Of a stretch of 64,000 nt of DNA, positions 18,588-28,834 are shown piece after piece. The notes beneath the pieces are model-generated. The model was not told the origin of the DNA. It ran no database searches and saw only the letters and a list, made by a program, of their open reading frames with translations. The position numbers and the translations under genes were made by a program. The DNA is from an uncultured virus (IMG/VR IMGVR_UViG_3300035445_000118) (lineage: Duplodnaviria; Heunggongvirae; Uroviricota; Caudoviricetes), in IMG/VR virus record IMGVR_UViG_3300035445_000118; one strand, written 5' to 3'. How positions within the stretch are numbered: the stretch's first letter is position 1; every line of letters begins with the position of its first letter.

Positions 18588-21373
18588 CAGGCCGGGGGCG
18601 TATAGGTCACTGCCGAGGTGCCATACACTTCGAGCTCCATCGTCAGCGATACGGTTTTGGTTTTGGCGGCGTGATCATGCACGATCCGCAGCTCATAGAG
18701 CAAGGCAGGGTGGGCACTGAACGTTCGTCCGCGTACCGGCGCATGATCGGAAGTCAGCGTCAATGATACCCACATCATCTGCGCCGGGTCCAGTCCATAA
18801 TCTCCCGCATGGCACAACCCCATCTCCAGGTTCGAGTCATTGGCATTCAGCCGCGCGGCGTATCGGTGCCCCTCCCGCCAGTTCAATTGGAACTGGGTGC
18901 CCAACTGCTCGCCATGATCCTCCGAGGATGCGCCCTGCCCTGGGGTTTCACCGGGGACGATGCAGAAGTAGGTCGAGATGACAAACGAGACATCCGTTTT
19001 GACTTCGAGAATGTAGGCATCGATGCTGCTGCCCCACAACCAGTGGTAACGACTGGGCCGGGTATGCGTATAGGTCAGGGACGAATAATCCGCTTCGGTC
19101 AGCGCCAACGTGATAGAGGTACCATGATCGGTCGTGCCCTTGAGCATGGGATCTTCAATCAGCCGTAAGCGTCCCAGTTTGTCACAGGTGAAGCGATAGG
19201 CAATGGCTTGCGCCCGTTCGTCGATGGACGAAAACAGCGTGCCGCTTTGCATCGCGAGAATGCTGACGCCCCAGGTATCCCCCAGTTTCGTGCCGAAAAA
19301 GTCCGCCAGTTCGCAAGCCGTGGACATATAATGCAACATAATATAGATGCAGCGGTCCAGGTTCGCCCCATACAATTCGTAGAGGTAGCCTGGTGTGGTC
19401 GTGACCCGTTCGAACATCAACGAAAATGCCGGGAGTTGGGCCAGGCGTCCGCCGACATCCACGCAGTCAAAGGTGGTGCTGGTTCGCGTATCGAACGACT
19501 CGGCGACGATCTCGGTCGGTTCCGTATCGATCCAACCGATGAATTTGACGTGCTCACGTCCGCTGGGGCCCGCCGTACTCAGGCTGCCTTGAACGCCCCC
19601 GTAATATTCCTCTTCCCAGTACATCACCAGGGTGCCATCGGGATATGTGTCGAGCGGCAGGTCTTCATGAATGATGACCGATAGCTTTTGCCCGCCCAAC
19701 CCAAGCACCTGATTGGTCACTTCGAAATCGGTGATGGGAACGGGGGCTCCCGTTTGATAAAACGCCAGTTCTTTCACTCCCACCGAGGTGCCTTCGGCGT
19801 TGCTGTCCGTGATATTGATACGCCACTTCGCGGCGGTGACGGGCGTAAATGTCGCCACGTAAGGAATATTGCCTGCATCGCCGTACCAGGTAGTCGGGGG
19901 AAGATCAGCCGCCGACGCCACCGGCACCCAGGCGCTTCCATTCCAATAGTCGATACTGAAATCCCGAATAGTGCTCGACCAGGTGTCGATTAAGCCGCTG
20001 GTTATCACCGCCTCTCCCACACTCTGCGCCGCTCCATATTCAATGGAGAGCGAGCCGGTATTGGCGGTCGCGGCCCAGGCCGTGCCGGTATCACTATCAA
20101 AGGCCGCTTCTTTGGGATACCCCAACTTTTCGGTACTGGCCGTCAGCGTGGCTCCCGCAGGATTGATGAGGCCCAATCCATCGCGCGTTCCCGCATATAC
20201 CGGGACATGCACAAAGCCAGTCATCGTCAGGCTGTCCGTGACGGTGAGTTTGACCCAGTGCCAGCCGGGGGGGAAGGTCGCCGTGATGGCTTCGGTGGTG
20301 GTGGACCCCACCGTGATGGTCACCGTCGAATCCACGCCCCACGTGTAAGCGGTCGCGCGATCTTCCTCATAGAACTTGACTTCCTTGATACGCACGTTAT
20401 AACCACCGCCACCATCCGACGACTGGACGTAGAGACGAAAGACCGTTAGCCCTCCATCGGGATAATCGTAGTCCACGTAAAAGGTGCGCGTTTCGTTCGT
20501 GCCCCAGGCGGTGGAGAAATATTCGCCCACATTCGCCGATCCGGTCGCGGTCTTGCGCAACTGGAATTGATACGGGGCATACAACCCGGTACAGGTCAAG
20601 GAGAACTTCTTGATCTTTTTGGCCGCCGCAAACGTGAAGATCAGATATTCGTTCTGGTCGGATGTCGCCTCCCAATAGGTGGTCGTGTTACCATCAACCA
20701 CCAGGTGGTCGTAGTGGGTGCCGTTCTCCGAGGATGACGTAATGGTCGCTGTCGGCGCAATGTCTGACCCCCACGCTCCCAATACCGCATCGCGGGCGGT
20801 GGCATAACTATTCGCGCCACTGAAGGAGACGGTGGCCAGCCCCGTGGTGGCATCGACGAAACCCGCATAGCCCGGACCCGCATTCGCTTTGGGGGCGGGT
20901 TTCCAGGTGGCCGGTACTGGTCCAATCGTGCCATCGAAGTAGCCCGATGCGCCGATGTAGTAGGGAGCCTTCATCCAGACGCGATAGTCGAGAAATACGG
21001 ATAAATGTATGGTCGTGTTGTAGATGTACAGCCCGCCATCGGCTTTGTTGGGGCTGGCCCAGACCATCAGGACCGTGTAATTCGTTCCCCCCACGTTGAC
21101 CGTGGTGACACCGCGCACCCGGCAGCGACCCAGGTCGTCGGCCCCAGCACTGCTGCCGAGGATCAGGGTCATGCCTTCTTCGACTCCGGTAGCCGAGGTA
21201 TCGCCGACCGTCACCGTATCGAAGAAGACATACTGCCAGATGCTCGTGCCCGCCAGTTTACCGCTGCTGTTCGTGTGGGTGTAGTCCACCTGGGCGGCCA
21301 GCACAGTCGCGGGGTTCAAGACAGCTAAAAAACCGTCATAGGAGTAAGGATGGTCGCGCCAGGTAACTGTCAT
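18587..21373 (-). CDS. tail tip/baseplate hub protein with two F5/8-type C (discoidin) domains
   Basis: Follows Dit; ATITSSS..VDGNTTTYW and LTASTE..AFDSDTGTAW discoidin motifs. Confidence 0.7.
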   Translation of the reverse strand: MTVTWRDHPYSYDGFLAVLNPATVLAAQVDYTHTNSSGKLAGTSIWQYVFFDTVTVGDTSATGVEEGMTLILGSSAGADDLGRCRVRGVTTVNVGGTNYTVLMVWASPNKADGGLYIYNTTIHLSVFLDYRVWMKAPYYIGASGYFDGTIGPVPATWKPAPKANAGPGYAGFVDATTGLATVSFSGANSYATARDAVLGAWGSDIAPTATITSSSENGTHYDHLVVDGNTTTYWEATSDQNEYLIFTFAAAKKIKKFSLTCTGLYAPYQFQLRKTATGSANVGEYFSTAWGTNETRTFYVDYDYPDGGLTVFRLYVQSSDGGGGYNVRIKEVKFYEEDRATAYTWGVDSTVTITVGSTTTEAITATFPPGWHWVKLTVTDSLTMTGFVHVPVYAGTRDGLGLINPAGATLTASTEKLGYPKEAAFDSDTGTAWAATANTGSLSIEYGAAQSVGEAVITSGLIDTWSSTIRDFSIDYWNGSAWVPVASAADLPPTTWYGDAGNIPYVATFTPVTAAKWRINITDSNAEGTSVGVKELAFYQTGAPVPITDFEVTNQVLGLGGQKLSVIIHEDLPLDTYPDGTLVMYWEEEYYGGVQGSLSTAGPSGREHVKFIGWIDTEPTEIVAESFDTRTSTTFDCVDVGGRLAQLPAFSLMFERVTTTPGYLYELYGANLDRCIYIMLHYMSTACELADFFGTKLGDTWGVSILAMQSGTLFSSIDERAQAIAYRFTCDKLGRLRLIEDPMLKGTTDHGTSITLALTEADYSSLTYTHTRPSRYHWLWGSSIDAYILEVKTDVSFVISTYFCIVPGETPGQGASSEDHGEQLGTQFQLNWREGHRYAARLNANDSNLEMGLCHAGDYGLDPAQMMWVSLTLTSDHAPVRGRTFSAHPALLYELRIVHDHAAKTKTVSLTMELEVYGTSAVTYTPPA

Positions 21374-21759
21374 AGCGCCTCCACCAGTTTGACCTTGAAC
21401 TTCGCATCCCGCCAGAACCCTCGTTCGTAGGTGACATCCTGTCCATTCACCGGCAGCACAATAATCGCGTTGTAATTGCTCCAGGTCGAGCGGTCAGGGT
21501 CGGTCATGGTTTTAATCGTCACTTCGTTGGACACGACGGTATTGCTCAATCCAAACAGGGTCAGCAGAGCATCATACTGGCTGGCGGGGATGATGCCCTT
21601 GTATTCCCAGAAGGTATAGGGCTGCCCGTTGACATACTCGTGCCCATTCACGGCAATGTCCCGGCGCGGGTACAGAAGGCCGGGAGAGGCTGGTTGCGGG
21701 TTGAACGTCGCCAGGGTCCCGGCATGGTCAAAGCCATCCACGATCTGATAGCTGCTCAT
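21370..21759 (-). CDS. distal tail protein (putative)
   Basis: Small beta-rich ORF directly after the tape measure gene. Confidence 0.6.
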   Translation of the reverse strand: MSSYQIVDGFDHAGTLATFNPQPASPGLLYPRRDIAVNGHEYVNGQPYTFWEYKGIIPASQYDALLTLFGLSNTVVSNEVTIKTMTDPDRSTWSNYNAIIVLPVNGQDVTYERGFWRDAKFKVKLVEAL

Positions 21760-24700
21760 TTACAACCCCTCGAAGACCTGCACCAACTCATGCCGCACCA
21801 GATTCTCAATCTCCGCATCACTGCGCCGCGTCTCTCCATAGATATTGATGGCAATCGGCCCCACCGGACCTCGTTCCCGTTGGCGTCCACCTGCCAAGGC
21901 CGCCGTCAGGGAACTGGGCGTCCAGTTGTCACCCAACATACGGCTGATCTGCCGGGTGGTATCCTGGCGCAGCACCGTTTCCCCGCGCTCCCCCCGGAAG
22001 AGTCCGGTCGCAGCCAGTCGTCCCCCGCCCTGCTTCAGCGGCGCTCTCAGGAGCGACCCCACCGGGGTGATAGGCGTGCCCATGACGCCCGTGGTCTGCG
22101 CAAACTTCGCGATCATGCCGTTATACCAGGCGGTGAGTTGGGCCTCGATGGCGGCACTGCCATCCTGGTGAATTTTGAGCAGGGCGTCTTCATGCACCCC
22201 CGCCTCTTCTTCGATAGCATTGAAGGTATCCAACCAGGACTGCTCGCGCTGCTGTTTTTCCGCTGCGCCCTGGGCGATCAGTTGGTTGAGACGCTGCGTG
22301 TACTGTTTGCCATATTCGGTCTGCTGGTCGACGAAATTCTTGCGCAGGTCGGCCAGCTTTTTGCTGTAGTCGGCGGCGGCGGCGGTTTCTTCCTTGCGAT
22401 ACTGCTCCCAGAGTTTGGCAATCTTTTTATCGGCCTCCCGCTGATCCTGCGCCGCGCGTTTTTCGTGCGCTTTCAGTTCATCGGCGATCTGGTCATCCAG
22501 GCGCTTCTGGCGTTCCTTCCGTTCGTCCTGGTAATTGTCCTGCTCGTCTTTCAACTGCTGCTTCATGCGCTGCATGGCTTCCCACACCGCCACGCCGTCC
22601 AACCGGGCCGCTGCCGAGAGGATCGCCAACCGCCCCTCTTCCTGAATCCGCAGCAGGGCTTTCAGATGATCTTTGGTCGCCTTTTCGTCCGCTTTTTGAT
22701 AATCATCCTGGAGTTCTAACAGCTTATCGGCGAGATCGGCGTCGTCTTCGGCCAGTTTATCTGCCAGATCGGTGCGGATTTCCAGTTCCGAGTCGCGCGC
22801 CTTTTGCAGGGCTTCCTGGTACCGCTCGGCCTCATCCGCCGCCGCCTGCACCAGATCATCGCCCAACTGTTGGTACAGATCGGCCAGATCGTTATTATGA
22901 TCCAGCGTCAGGTCGGTGATCTTCTGGTCGTACTCGACGGCGATGTCGAACAGGTCTTGCTGGAATTTCTGCCACTCGGCCAGTAACTCGTCTGTCATTT
23001 GCAATTCAGACGGGTTGATCCCACCCATCCGATTGCTGGAGAGTTGGCCCTGATGCCCTTTGCCTTCTTCAATGATCCCCATCGTTTTGCCCAAGTCGAG
23101 GAGCCATTGATTGATGTCCTCATGAAATTTATCAGCGGAGGTGATCGCCTGATCATCGTAGGTCTCATCCAATACGGTGACAAAATCCCGTCCCTGCGCG
23201 GTCGCCGTTTTAAACGCCTCTGTAATTTGCGTGATGTTCGCCAGAAAGTCCCCGGTACTCATCCCTCGTCGGGTGGCCCATTGGGTCGCCTGATTTTGGG
23301 CTTCGGGAGGAAGGGTCAGGAATTGAGTGGCTGCTTCTTGCGCACGGTTGATGTCGCGTCCGGCTCTCACATTGGTTTTCGCGACTTTCTCCACGTGAAC
23401 GCCGGGTATATTGTTGATCAACCCGATGATCCCATTGATCGCTTCCGTGAGGGCATCAATGATCTTCTGTTGAAGAGAGGCCCACATATCATCCCAGCCC
23501 GTGGACATATCAGCAATATGTTTCGCAAAGGACCCTAGGGCATACGCAATCGCATATAGCCCTTTTTTCAAGGTGGTAAGCGCCTCGTTCAAGGAGAACT
23601 GCTGCAAATCTTCTCGTCCCGTGACTGCCCCAATGCCCCGCACAATTTGTTTGCCTGCCAGGGCCCCCACGTAAGCCGATCCCACCCCTACGCCCGCATA
23701 CAATCCCGCTTTCCCCAGCGTGCCTGCACTGACGGAGGGAAGACCAAGGCCCTTCGCAAACTGCCCCACGACGGGCAGTGCCCCCGCCACCCGGCCCGAC
23801 TGGGACAGGGCTATAATGACCGCCAGGGTTGAGGCCACTTTCAGGAGATCGGGGTGCAGTTCGCGTACGGTGCGCAGCATGTCGGACAGCCCCCAGGTGA
23901 TGTCAGACAGAGCATCTCGAAGGGGCATGAACCCGGTGGCCAGCGTTTCGGTCAATTCGGACCGAAGCACCTTAAACGCATTGGTGTCGCGCCCCACTTC
24001 GGCCAACTTGTCCGTGGTGACCCCCAACTGACTGAGATATTCATCCAGCAAGTCGAAGGCGACCTTGACATCCCCGTTGGCCAGGTCCAGGATTTCTTTC
24101 AGTTTTTCCCGGTTGAGGTTGAACACGCGGGTCAGCGACATATACTGTCCCACGCTGAACTCGCGGAGGGCAAACCCCGCACGACTGGCCATTTCAGGCA
24201 GCAGCGTGGCTAACTTCTGAGAGATGATGGTGGCCTGCGCAAGTTCCGCCGTGGTGCCTTTGACCGCCGGGATGAGTTCCGTGGCATTCCGCAGCACTTC
24301 CAGGAAGGGCTGGTTGAGTTTTTCAGCGAGGTCGCGCAGCCGTTCCATTTCCTCGGTCGACTTGCGCTGATCCCCATAGAACAACTTGAACTGGGCGCGC
24401 AACACCTTGATGTCCTGCGCCGCCGCCAATCCCAGCCCGGTGGCCGCCACGGTAGCCCCGCCGAGCGCTGTCATACGCGCCTCTTGTAACTTGGCGCGTT
24501 CGGCAGCCGCTTTCTTTTCGATCTTGAGTCGTTCGGCAGCTTCCCGCTCGATTTGTTTGGTGAGGGTCTTTTCTTGCTTCAGGCGGTCTTGATAATCCCG
24601 CTTGAGGCTTTTGAGCAGATCGTTATAGGCTTGAGCTTCCGCGCGGGTTTGTAGTGCCGTTTGTTTGGCCGTATCGCCCAGACTTTGTTTGATGGCGGCA

Positions 24701-24849
24701 TTCATGGCGCGGGATTCGCGGAGAATCTCCGACCGGGCCTGCGCAAAACTGGACGTATCAATCGTAAACCGTCCCTGCGCATTGCCGACCGAGTTGCCGG
24801 TGCCCTCGGCTCCTTTGGAAGACCATCCCATCTGGTCGAAGACGCTCAT
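21760..24849 (-). CDS. tape measure protein
   Basis: 1029 aa, helical/coiled-coil with hydrophobic central segments; follows the tail chaperones. Confidence 0.9.
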   Translation of the reverse strand: MSVFDQMGWSSKGAEGTGNSVGNAQGRFTIDTSSFAQARSEILRESRAMNAAIKQSLGDTAKQTALQTRAEAQAYNDLLKSLKRDYQDRLKQEKTLTKQIEREAAERLKIEKKAAAERAKLQEARMTALGGATVAATGLGLAAAQDIKVLRAQFKLFYGDQRKSTEEMERLRDLAEKLNQPFLEVLRNATELIPAVKGTTAELAQATIISQKLATLLPEMASRAGFALREFSVGQYMSLTRVFNLNREKLKEILDLANGDVKVAFDLLDEYLSQLGVTTDKLAEVGRDTNAFKVLRSELTETLATGFMPLRDALSDITWGLSDMLRTVRELHPDLLKVASTLAVIIALSQSGRVAGALPVVGQFAKGLGLPSVSAGTLGKAGLYAGVGVGSAYVGALAGKQIVRGIGAVTGREDLQQFSLNEALTTLKKGLYAIAYALGSFAKHIADMSTGWDDMWASLQQKIIDALTEAINGIIGLINNIPGVHVEKVAKTNVRAGRDINRAQEAATQFLTLPPEAQNQATQWATRRGMSTGDFLANITQITEAFKTATAQGRDFVTVLDETYDDQAITSADKFHEDINQWLLDLGKTMGIIEEGKGHQGQLSSNRMGGINPSELQMTDELLAEWQKFQQDLFDIAVEYDQKITDLTLDHNNDLADLYQQLGDDLVQAAADEAERYQEALQKARDSELEIRTDLADKLAEDDADLADKLLELQDDYQKADEKATKDHLKALLRIQEEGRLAILSAAARLDGVAVWEAMQRMKQQLKDEQDNYQDERKERQKRLDDQIADELKAHEKRAAQDQREADKKIAKLWEQYRKEETAAAADYSKKLADLRKNFVDQQTEYGKQYTQRLNQLIAQGAAEKQQREQSWLDTFNAIEEEAGVHEDALLKIHQDGSAAIEAQLTAWYNGMIAKFAQTTGVMGTPITPVGSLLRAPLKQGGGRLAATGLFRGERGETVLRQDTTRQISRMLGDNWTPSSLTAALAGGRQRERGPVGPIAINIYGETRRSDAEIENLVRHELVQVFEGL

Positions 24850-25154
24850 GTGCGGATTACTCCAAACATGCCCGTGAGCCAGTCCAGAGCCTCTTGCTTG
24901 TCTGGCTCATCGCCCAACACCTCGGCCAAGGTGTGTTTGTAGTGGCCCTTATCGTCGGTCTCGTTCAGCACGCCTTCGACGTGCCGCCCGAACCAGGACA
25001 CCGCCCGATCAAACTGGAACGCCGTCCACCACCCGTCCAGCCCCGTCTTCGCCGTCGCCCACGCGCGCAGGTTCAGCAGGTGGCTCGCTGGCTGGTACGT
25101 GTCCTTCTGGAGACACCACAGAGTCCACATAGCCTTCTTGTTGCCGACGAAAGG
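24846..25154 (-). CDS. tail assembly chaperone T extension (frameshift product)
   Basis: Open +1 frame from the CCC TTT CGT site to the tape measure start. Confidence 0.6.
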   Translation of the reverse strand, partial: PFVGNKKAMWTLWCLQKDTYQPASHLLNLRAWATAKTGLDGWWTAFQFDRAVSWFGRHVEGVLNETDDKGHYKHTLAEVLGDEPDKQEALDWLTGMFGVIRT

Positions 25155-25545
25155 GCTCCAAGTCGCGAGTCGCGATCCCCAGCAGGTGATAGACAAACTC
25201 CTTGTCCTCGAAGAGCAGGTCATTGATGCTGATCTGGTTGTCCGAGATCGGAGGGTCCACAATTTGCGGTTCCACAAACGCACAGCGGCACACCGCGTTG
25301 AGGATGTCGATGTACTGCTGAAGGTCCGCGATTTTGTCGGGCAGCATGGCCTCAATATCTTTCTTCCCCTCCATAATGGCAGCAATGATGGGCGTCAGAC
25401 TGTCCATGATTTTGCCCGTCATCACGAAGAAGTCGAACTGGACGCCGCGCAACCGTGCCACACGACCGGAGGGGAGCCGACACAGCTCCCCTTCTGATTC
25501 TTTCCGCCATTCGTGGGGCGGAGTCAATACCAACTGGTTTACCAT
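25009..25545 (-). CDS. tail assembly chaperone G
   Basis: Between the major tail and tape measure genes; LPSG motif. Confidence 0.75.
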   Translation of the reverse strand: MVNQLVLTPPHEWRKESEGELCRLPSGRVARLRGVQFDFFVMTGKIMDSLTPIIAAIMEGKKDIEAMLPDKIADLQQYIDILNAVCRCAFVEPQIVDPPISDNQISINDLLFEDKEFVYHLLGIATRDLEPFRRQQEGYVDSVVSPEGHVPASEPPAEPARVGDGEDGAGRVVDGVPV

Positions 25546-25561
25546 TGCAACCCCTTTTCAA

Positions 25562-26095
25562 TTACGTGGGTGGGATGGTCACGGCCGTCGCCGTCGCATG
25601 ATGGATCAGTTTCATCACGCCGTAGACGGTACTTTCATAATGGGCCCGCGCCGTCACGTTCTCTTCGATGTACGCGCCCTTGGCCATCGAGAAGTTCAAG
25701 CCGGACATGATCTTGACCTTGGGGATAAACAGCCACATATCCCCGCCCCCCGTGGTGGTGTCCACGCGGCCACAGATGGCGAAGTAAGGCATGTTGTCCC
25801 GCCCAAAGATCATCGACTCGGTATTGGTGCTGACCGTATTGGTCACCCCGGTCAAAATGGCCAGGACATCGTTGTCCTTGAGACCGAAGCCCAGCGTGAT
25901 GTTGGCCGCCTGGATTTTGGCATGGCTGTCGGTGATGATGTCATCACCTTCCAGTTCGCCGCTTTCCATATCCAGCTCGACCCCGAAGACCTTGACGGAC
26001 TCTACGTCCAGCGCCGTCCCATAGTTCTGAGCGCTATTCCAGACGGCGATCTTGGCGTCCGACAGGCCGTACATGAAACTCTGCGTATATGCCAT
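25562..26095 (-). CDS. major tail (tube) protein
   Basis: YGLSDAKIA start, LEGDD motif, synteny. Confidence 0.85.
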   Translation of the reverse strand: MAYTQSFMYGLSDAKIAVWNSAQNYGTALDVESVKVFGVELDMESGELEGDDIITDSHAKIQAANITLGFGLKDNDVLAILTGVTNTVSTNTESMIFGRDNMPYFAICGRVDTTTGGGDMWLFIPKVKIMSGLNFSMAKGAYIEENVTARAHYESTVYGVMKLIHHATATAVTIPPT

Positions 26096-26102
26096 TTGTC
26101 TC

Positions 26103-26570
26103 CTATCCTATCGCCCGGATCGCGAAGTCACTCCGGATCATCAGGGCATTGTCTAACGCTTCGTCACGCTGCTGGGTCAGGATATTGCCCGCCCAGTGCG
26201 GGATGAACTTGCTGGACCCGATCATCTGCCCGTGTAGTAACACCTTGGCACGGGTGCGGGCACTCTCGATGGTGGTATAGGCACGATCTCCATCATCGTA
26301 AAACCACAACTCGACTACCTGCCGGTAACTGACCTCTTGCGTCTGGTCGTCATCCATCCCGCCATCGGGCACTTCTTCGCGGCCCTTGACCAGGCAGCAG
26401 GGCTTCAACAGCCCCGTGGTCGCATCAAAAGGCGCACTGCTCATGACACGGGTAATCCCATTGCGGCCCGTTTGGGCATACGTGAAAATGCCCCCGGTAC
26501 ACAGGGTCGCGACTCCGCCCGCCCCGGTATCGGCCACCAACACCGCTTTGATGTCATCCATGAAGGTCAT
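26103..26570 (-). CDS. tail terminator protein (putative)
   Basis: IKAVLVAD..VATL start; synteny. Confidence 0.65.
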   Translation of the reverse strand: MTFMDDIKAVLVADTGAGGVATLCTGGIFTYAQTGRNGITRVMSSAPFDATTGLLKPCCLVKGREEVPDGGMDDDQTQEVSYRQVVELWFYDDGDRAYTTIESARTRAKVLLHGQMIGSSKFIPHWAGNILTQQRDEALDNALMIRSDFAIRAIG

Positions 26571-27043
26571 ACCCTGCCCTCATAAAACGCCGTTTGCGTG
26601 TCGGGATTCCACTGGCGGCTAATGCCCGTCTGGTTGAACTGCCCCCCGCGCACGAGCTTTTGTAAATCCTGCATGATGATGGGGACCCAATGGTCGAGGG
26701 CCGGGCTGATGATGCTGTAGCGACCTGCCCACTTGACCTCCAGCCAGAACCCATAATACATGCCATGCGACAGCAGGAGCGTGATCTCGTTCAACCCCTG
26801 AATGACCTGGGTGAACAACGTGCGGCGGGCGTTGCCCGTCTGGTCCTGCCACGGCGCATTGTCTTTCATCCAGACCAGGATGTCGTTCGCGCGGGTCTGC
26901 ATGATCACGTTCAAGGCTTCCCGCAGATAGTTTAAGTAAGCATCGGCCAGCGCGCCAAAGGCTTGTTCGGGTGTCACCACCCATTCAAAACCAGCTTCGA
27001 CGCTGCGCAGTGTGACATCCCCGATGGGTTCCGGCGCTCTCAT
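26567..27043 (-). CDS. HK97 gp10-like neck protein
   Basis: NAPWQDQTGNARR, YGFWLE, IISPAL. Confidence 0.8.
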   Translation of the reverse strand: MRAPEPIGDVTLRSVEAGFEWVVTPEQAFGALADAYLNYLREALNVIMQTRANDILVWMKDNAPWQDQTGNARRTLFTQVIQGLNEITLLLSHGMYYGFWLEVKWAGRYSIISPALDHWVPIIMQDLQKLVRGGQFNQTGISRQWNPDTQTAFYEGRV

Positions 27044-27429
27044 GATCGCTGCTCCCCGCTGGCTTCCGCGACTGCCAGCATCCGTCCGGGAAGGGTGTCC
27101 CAGACATCCACCACCACATACATCTGCCCGGCATGAAAAAACCGGTCGCCGCGATAGATCACGGTCGTGGACAGGGTAGGATGTCCCCGATACCCCAGGA
27201 TCAACATATCCTGCTTCTGTCCCTGGTTGCCAGCGGGTCCACTTATGTCCGTGCGAGGCGTCAGGACTTCCAACCGCACCGTCTGGGCTGCCTGCTCTAC
27301 GCCCGCCCGCCGGATGACGATGCTGGTGGGCTGTTCGGCGATGCGGCGTGCCGTGTCAAACGCCTTATCGTTGTCGTCGATAGTCGTCTCTAAGAGCCCA
27401 CTGGTGCCCAACCACGCATTGAGACCCAT
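27040..27429 (-). CDS. head closure protein (putative)
   Basis: GDRF..AGQMYVV; synteny. Confidence 0.65.
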   Translation of the reverse strand: MGLNAWLGTSGLLETTIDDNDKAFDTARRIAEQPTSIVIRRAGVEQAAQTVRLEVLTPRTDISGPAGNQGQKQDMLILGYRGHPTLSTTVIYRGDRFFHAGQMYVVVDVWDTLPGRMLAVAEASGEQRS

Positions 27430-27767
27430 CAGAAACTCGGTTTCTCCCGATCTATCGGGGGGATGGCGCGCATCCCCACCAGCCGGACTTGCTGGGCCTG
27501 GTTGGCTTTGTGCTCCCAGATGTCGATCTGGTCTTTGATGTTTTTGTAAATNTGCGATTTGCTTTCCGCCGACTGGGCCAGTCGGTAATCATACAACCGG
27601 GTGGCATCGGCCAGCAGGACATACCACACCGTCAGAATCAGGGCCTTTTTGTCCTCTCCTGCTTCGGTATACCACTCATCCAGTTGGGCGTCGGTGAACA
27701 CCGCTTCGGTATCCCCAATGCCCGTCATATACTGAACGTAGCGCCGATCCGCATCACTGAGTGCCAT
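27429..27767 (-). CDS. head-tail adaptor (putative)
   Basis: FTDAQL motif, helical; first neck gene. Confidence 0.65.
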   Translation of the reverse strand: MALSDADRRYVQYMTGIGDTEAVFTDAQLDEWYTEAGEDKKALILTVWYVLLADATRLYDYRLAQSAESKSXIYKNIKDQIDIWEHKANQAQQVRLVGMRAIPPIDREKPSF

Positions 27768-28783
27768 CAGCCCCACTCCTCAATCAACTCCATCAAGCGC
27801 CGGGCCGAATGCTGCCAGGTCTGGTGTTCGCGCAGCCAGGCGGCGGCCTGCTGCCCTTTCTGCCATGCCTCATCGCGGTGTTCGTAACACCAGCGCATGT
27901 GCGTGCCGACTTCTTCAACATCGGGCATGGCCCATTCGCCACCACCCAGAATGGCGGCGGGGACCATCTGGTAATTCACGATGGGAATGCCCCAGTGTTC
28001 TACCCCATCCAGGGTGCCGCCGAACGCGGTGCAGATGACCGGTTTCCCGGTACAGGCGGCTTCACGGGGGAACATGCCCCAACCTTCGCCCTTGGTCGGA
28101 TTGACCACACAATCGACGTGCGCATACACGTCGGCCATGTGGAGCACGTCCTCACGCCAGATCGTCACCCGCCGGTCGCCTTTGGCGGTCGACAGCCAGG
28201 GGAGACCCCCTTGCCGGGTTTTGATGATCAGGCGCACGTCCGGGTTTTCCCCAAAGGTATCGTAAAAGGCTTCCCAGACGAGATCCTGCCCCTTGCGGCT
28301 GCCCCGGTCCCCAAATGCCAGAAAGGTGTAAGGACGGTTCGTCGGCAGAGGGATGAATGTGTTCGGAAACTCAACCGGATCAACGCCCCCCGGCACGATG
28401 TGTATCGGAGTCGTGACACCGTTGTCGCGAAACACGTCTGCACACCACTGGCAGGGCACGATCAGGCGTTCCGCTTTCGTGTTGACGTGGTGTGCCCACT
28501 CGTCGGGAAGGCGCGTGCTCTCGTACATGGTGCTCGCAAACACCCGACCGGGCATGGCTTTCAGATCATGCGGAGGGGCCAGCACCACGTTCAGGCGGGT
28601 CATATCCAACCCGCGCAGGTAGTTATACCAGCCCGGCGTGTCCTCCAGGTCCATGAGTAAGCCGGGATACACCTTCGCGCCGATCTGTGCCAGCGCCTTG
28701 ATCTGCGAGAGGGCATAATAACTGTAGCCATCGCAGGCCGTTTTTCGGAAGTGGAGGTAATTAAAACCGCGACTTTCGATCAT
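27767..28783 (-). CDS. GT-B (GT4-like) glycosyltransferase
   Basis: DGY, TMYEST, RKG, EGWGMFPREAACTGKPVI (EX7E motif). Confidence 0.9.
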   Translation of the reverse strand: MIESRGFNYLHFRKTACDGYSYYALSQIKALAQIGAKVYPGLLMDLEDTPGWYNYLRGLDMTRLNVVLAPPHDLKAMPGRVFASTMYESTRLPDEWAHHVNTKAERLIVPCQWCADVFRDNGVTTPIHIVPGGVDPVEFPNTFIPLPTNRPYTFLAFGDRGSRKGQDLVWEAFYDTFGENPDVRLIIKTRQGGLPWLSTAKGDRRVTIWREDVLHMADVYAHVDCVVNPTKGEGWGMFPREAACTGKPVICTAFGGTLDGVEHWGIPIVNYQMVPAAILGGGEWAMPDVEEVGTHMRWCYEHRDEAWQKGQQAAAWLREHQTWQHSARRLMELIEEWG

Positions 28784-28795
28784 GGGTTCCTCAAG

Positions 28796-28818
28796 AGAGG
28801 GGCTCACGACGCCCCTCT
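28796..28818 (-). terminator. GC-rich hairpin between capsid and GT genes (weak terminator/attenuator)
   Basis: AGAGGGGC / GCCCCTCT stem with only a short pyrimidine tail. Confidence 0.45.
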
Positions 28819-28834
28819 GTTACTGTGTCGGATG

